The translations under genes and the position numbers were made by a program. A stretch of 64,000 nt of DNA, from the NCBI GenBank assembly GCA_004431415.1, contig QPMI01000432.1, positions 394,134-458,133 on the forward strand, written 5' to 3'. This DNA is from Cyanophora paradoxa CCMP329 (Eukaryota; Plantae; Glaucophyta). Below the pieces are notes generated by a model. It was not told the DNA's origin, did no database searches, and saw only the letters and a list, made by a program, of their open reading frames with translations. Positions 59,289 to 64,000 of the stretch are shown piece after piece. Within the stretch, counting starts at the first letter, position 1. Each line of letters begins with the position of its first letter.

Positions 59289-62200
59289 ATGGACGCTATC
59301 CAGAAAGTCGTGCGCGCTATACAGACCCGGTGCAAGGCGGAGAATGTGGACGCCTCAGAGACCCTGTGCGCCTTCATGGCGCGGGCGATTGTCCTGGAGC
59401 ACTCGGACCGCTTCCACCTCGACCGCCCGCTCAGCGAGGACGACATGAGCGAGTTGGTTGTGGTGCGCAGCGCTTAGCTAGGCACGGCCTGGACCGGCGG
59501 GGCCGCCTGATCGACCGCCCCGCAGATGTGTGTCAACCGGCTGAAGGACGTGGACAGCCCCTCGCTCGCCTCGGTGAAGCTGCAGGTGGAGTTTGATGCG
59601 CAGTACTCCGCCGAGCTGGGGCGCGTGGAGCGCGAGAAGACGATGCGCGAGAAGAAGATCAACGCCATGCTCTCCGACATCGCCAGCATCAAGGCCAAGA
59701 ACGACAACGACTTTGACGGTGCGGCCGCGCCCCGCAGCGCCATCCCGCGTTGTCTGCTTGCGCGCTGACCGGCCGGGGCGCACCAGCGCTGACCTCCATC
59801 TACCGAAAGGTCTTCGCGTACCTCGTGAGCATGTCGGGGACCGCCGCCGAGGGCGGCACCGTCGACCGCGCGGTCGAGCTCGAGGTCAGTCCGGCGCCGT
59901 GGCCCTCTCTGCGGGACGCGGCGAGAGCGAGCGGGCGGGCGCGCGGGGCGCAGGTCGCGGCGGCGCTGGAGAGCGTCTTCCCGAAGATCGGCCTGCGCGC
60001 CTTCGTCGCGATGCCGACGGACGAGAAGAAGACGCAGCTGCGCGAGCTGGCGAGCATCGTGCTGGGCATCCGCCTCTTCAACAAGGACATCGGGAAGGGC
60101 GGGGCGGGCCTGGAGGAGATCCCGGCCCTGGCCCAGGAGGAGGCGCGCGCCATGGAGGGCCGCGTCCGCGCCGACAAGGAGGAGCTCCGCGCCCAGGTCC
60201 TCCAGTACCTCGAGGTCGTCAACCACGGCGCCCTCCCCGAGAAGGCCCGCCCTCTTCGTCGTAACCCCCCTCCCTTCTTCCCCCCCACTGACGCCCGCCC
60301 GCCCGTGCAGGCGATGCGGCACCTGCGGACGGAGCTGATCAACAGGCGGCAGGTGGGCTCCTGCCTGGACACCGTCGAGCAGGACCTCTCGGGCATGCTC
60401 TCGCACGTGGACGAGTGCGTCGCCGGCTTCGACCGGGAGATGGCCGAGCTGAAGGCCCTCGTCGGCTCCAAGACCTCGGTGCCGAAGGAGCAGGTCTACC
60501 CCAAGTTCGACTCGCTGGCGCACCTCTGGCACTCCCTCTCGGACGAGCGCCAGGCGGTCGCCTGCCTCGCCCGCGTCCTCGAGACCGTCGAGCGCTTCCG
60601 CGCGCTCCGGCGCACGGAGCTCACGCCCAAGGCCCTCGAGGCCGCCCGCGCCGCCCGCGCCGCGGACGCCGCCGCCGCGCGGCAGCTGAAGGACTTCGAG
60701 GCGGCCGAGGCGGCGGCCGCGGGCTTCCAGGCCCTGGCCGCGGGCCCCGCCCAGGACGCCCGCACTTTCGCCCGCGCAGCCGAGGAGGCGGCCGCCTCCT
60801 CCTCGTCCCCCCCGCCGCCGCCCCCCGCCGCCCCCGAGCGGCCCCCGAGCGCCCCGGCGCCCGCGGCGGAGCCGTCGACCGCGTCGGCGGCGGTGCAGGC
60901 GGAGGAGGAGCCGGCGGCGGCGGCGGCGGCGCCGGCGGGCGAGCCGACAGACGAGGCGGACGAGACGGGCGTCTCGTCCATCGTGCGCGAGGCCGGCGCC
61001 CAGGCGGCCGCCGAGGAGGCCGCCGAGCCGGCCCCGGAGGAGGCCCCCGCCGCAGAGGCCGCTGCGGAGGCCCCGGCCGCCGCCGCCGCTGACGGCGAGG
61101 CGGCTGCCGCCCCGGAGGAGCCGGCTCCTGCGGAGGCGCCGGCGGCGGAGGGCGAGGCGGCGGCGGCTCCCGCCGAGGGCGAGGCGGCGGCGGCGGGTGA
61201 GCGGCCGCTGAGCCGGCAGGCGAGCGCCGCGGGGAGCCAGAAGGGGAGCCAGCGGGGCAGCTTCAAGGCCGCCCCCGCGTCGGACGAGGCGGCGCCGGCG
61301 CCGGCCGAGGCCGCCCCGGCCGAGGCCGCTGCCGAGCGGCCGCCCTCAGCGGCGGCGGCGGAGAGGCCGCCCTCGGCCGCGGGGGCGGCGCCCGCTGCGG
61401 GCGAGGGCGAGCGGGAGGGACGGCCGGCGTCGGGGCGGCGGCGGCGGCCGCGCGCCCGTCCTCGGCGGCGGCGCGGCCGGCTTCGGGCGAGGCGCGGCCT
61501 GCGTCGGGCGGGGCGCGGCCGGCTTCGGGCGAGGCGCGGCCTGCGTCGGGCGGGGCGCGGCCTGCGTCGGGCGAGGCGCGGCCTGCGTCGGGCGAGGCGC
61601 CGGCGGAGGAGGCGGCGGCGGCGACCGCAGGGTCGGCGAGGAGCGCGGAGAAGGCGCCGAGCGCGGCCGGCTCGCGGCCGCCGAGCACGGGGGCGGCCGC
61701 CAAGCCGGCGACGCCCACCGGCTCCAAGCCCGGGACCCCCACAGGCTCGGCCTCCGCCGCGGCGGCGCGGCCGCCCTCGGGGGCGCCCTCGGCAGCTGGG
61801 TCGCGGCGGGGTCGCGGCCGGGCTCGCGGGGCGTGGCGGAGGCTGCGGCGGCGGCGGCGGCGTCGGGCTCGCGGCCCGCGAGCGCCGTCGCCCTCGCGGC
61901 CGTCGAGGCCGCCAAGCCGCCATCCGCCCCGGGCTCCGTCCGCTCTGAGCGCGCCGGCTCCGCGGCGGCGGCGGCCCCCGCGGCGGCGCGCCCGCCCTCA
62001 GGGGCGGCGAGCGCGGGGCGGGCGCCCTCGGCGACCGGGTCGGCCTCGGGCGCGGCGGCGGCGGCCGGGGACGCGGGCGCGGCTGCGGCGGCAGCTGCGG
62101 CGGCCGCACGAGAGGCGAGGAAGCCGGTGCGGATCGGGCGGGGGGATCCCGAGTTCGCCCACGCGAGGGCCGAGTTCAGGGTGCGCGCCCCGTTATTTCC

Positions 62201-63085
62201 CTTCCCTCGCCCCCCGCTTTGGCGCCTCATATCCCCCCTTTCCCCCCGCAGGGCTTCTGCCCGGTGACGCTGGTGGAGCGGGACGCGCTGCTGATCCCGG
62301 GGAACCCCAACCTGGGGTACGTCAAGTTCGCGGACGCGTACTACGCCATCTCCGGCGAGGAGGCGATCTGGCGCTTCATGGCCACCCCCGAGCGGTAGCC
62401 CCTGCCCCCTTCTGAAACTTAGCGCGCCGCTCACGCCGGCCGGGGTACAGGTACGTGGAGGGGGTGCTGCAGGCGGTGCGGCGGGCGCCGGAGCTGGTGC
62501 GGCTACTGCGGCTCCAGCAGCGGGTCGTGGGGGCGGGCCTGGGGGCCGGCGGGGCCGGCGGCGCGAACCTCGCCTTCGCGCTGCTCGGCTCGTTCTTCGC
62601 CGAGGGGCAGGAGGCGGGCAAGGGCCCCGCCAAGGCCGACGCCGACTGCCAGACCTCCACGCACCCCATCGAGAAGCACATCGACCCCAAGGTCGGCTCC
62701 CCCGCGCTTCCCTGCCCGCCCGGCTCTGAGGCGGGCCGGGGGGCCGGGGGCGCAGTACACGTGGAACGAGTGGGAGCTGCGGCGGCGGGCGCTGCAGCTG
62801 ACGAACCTGCGCTACAAGAAGACGCACTCGGCGCAGACGGTCTTCAGCCACTTCCGGCGCGACAACGAGACGCAGCACTACCCCCCCAAGGACTCGGGCA
62901 CGCAGACGCGCGTCGACGCCGGCACCAACGGGCCCCGCATGCACAACTACATCGCCGGGCTCCGGTGCGGCCCCCGCCGCCTCCACTCCTTCAGTCTCTC
63001 GGGCCTGACCGACCGCCGCCTCGTGCGCTGCAGGGGCGACCCGGACTCGAAGATGCACGTCGTCAACCTGACGCTGGAGCTGTAG
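59289..63085 (+). CDS. CFAP206: Cilia- and flagella-associated protein 206 with a long Ala/Pro/Glu insertion
   Basis: SETLCAFMARAIV, SPSLASVKLQVEFD, AALESVFP, QLRELASIVLGIRLFNK, ELINRRQ, SVPKEQVYPKF, THPIEKHIDPK|YTWNEWELRRRALQL, SHFRRDNETQ. Confidence 0.95.
61470..61600 (+). repeat. 21-bp coding minisatellite (RPASG[E/G]A)n in the CFAP206 insertion
   Basis: About six units of CGGCC(G/T)GC(T/G)TCGGGCG(A/G)GGCG. Confidence 0.8.
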
Positions 63086-64000
63086 GCGGCCCCGGCCCCC
63101 GCGGCGCCCGGCTGTTCAATCTGCCATTACGCGCGATTGCGATGGGGGTGAGGCCAGCGGCCTCGGCGGTGCGGGGCGCGCAAGGGGAAGCCAGGGCGGA
63201 AAGGGCGGCTGCTGGCCCTGTTGCAATAGCAACTCTGATAGCAACAAGGAGGGATTGCACAGAAACATAAATAATATGAACGGAACAGGGACACTGCAGT
63301 TGCACTGCCCCTGTTGGAGGGGAAGGACCTCTAAAGGTCAAGCAGGAAAGTTCACCCCTGTAGCTGGTCACGTTAGCTTTGAGCCGAGATAGTGTGGACT
63401 CTGATAACAGCTCGGTGCTTTTTTCAGAAGTGGGGGAGGACGAGATCTAGCTCAGCGGAGGACTAGAGCTTGAGAAGCGCCGCCGCCCGCCGCGCCTCCG
63501 CCGCGGCGCCCCGCCCTGCGAGCTGCGCCGGCGTCGCCCCCGCGGCAGAACGCGCCTCCGCCCTGCCCGTCGAGACGCGCCGCCGCCCGCCGTGCCTCCG
63601 CCCCGCCCGGATAGCCGCCTGCCGCCCGAAGCGCTCCCGTCCCGCCGGCGAGCTGCGCCGCCGCCCGCCGCGCTCCGCCCGCCCGGCGAGCCGCGCCGGC
63701 GCCGCGCCCGCCGCGCCTCCGCCTCGAGCGGCGAGCCGCGCCGCCGCCCGCTGCGCCTCCGCCCCCGAAGCGGGAGGAGCCCGGCGGCCGCGCCGCCGCG
63801 CCGGCGTTGGCCGGCGTCGGCGCGGGGAGGCTAGCTATAGGCGCAGCGCTAGCGGCAGGCGCTTAGCGCGTACGCGGCGGAGGCCGAGGTCTTGGAGGTG
63901 ATGTGATGCTTGCTGTGGTTCGACCCGGTCGATTGCATGCGGGTGCAAGACTGAGGGTGGCAAGCAGAGTCGTGCAATTGCAACCGGACCCTTCCCCCGC

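Noticed and set aside
63470-63901. ORF or mobile element at the window end
   Set aside because: Low-complexity GCC-rich sequence with no recognisable domain or termini within the window.
1-64000. Most long Arg/Pro/Ala/Gly-rich ORFs in the six-frame track
   Set aside because: They are shadow frames of very GC-rich, stop-poor DNA. The real genes are spliced and lie in other frames.

Overview
GC-rich, intron-dense eukaryotic nuclear DNA with about 20 spliced genes, mostly with 50-100 nt introns. The six-frame ORF track is largely uninformative, so I assembled the genes by hand across introns. Cyanobacterial-type genes with Phe-containing transit peptides (MSAAF, MASF, MQAF) occur together with motile-cilium genes (RSPH9, CFAP206), which points to a glaucophyte alga such as Cyanophora (inference). 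Main finding: a head-to-head pair of long paralogous genes (32910-40608 minus; ~42719-49927 plus), each encoding ankyrin repeats + TIR domain with the catalytic-position Glu + a degenerate second TIR + short coiled coil + C-terminal CaaX box (CTVM, CSMM). Their ~2.1 kb shared upstream region is filled with MITE-like elements. This is a candidate membrane-anchored, NLR-independent TIR signalling or immune pair. Second finding: an ornithine decarboxylase antizyme gene (7-930) that needs a +1 ribosomal frameshift at UUU-UGA, followed by a strong hairpin completed by splicing. Also noted: frequent GC-AG introns with a G(T/C)NCGC donor consensus, near-perfect strand alternation of genes, intergenic DNA built from chained short palindromes, and a SPOC + OB-fold + RS-domain gene. 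Several genes contain single-base indels that look like assembly errors, so exon models and some termini are approximate.
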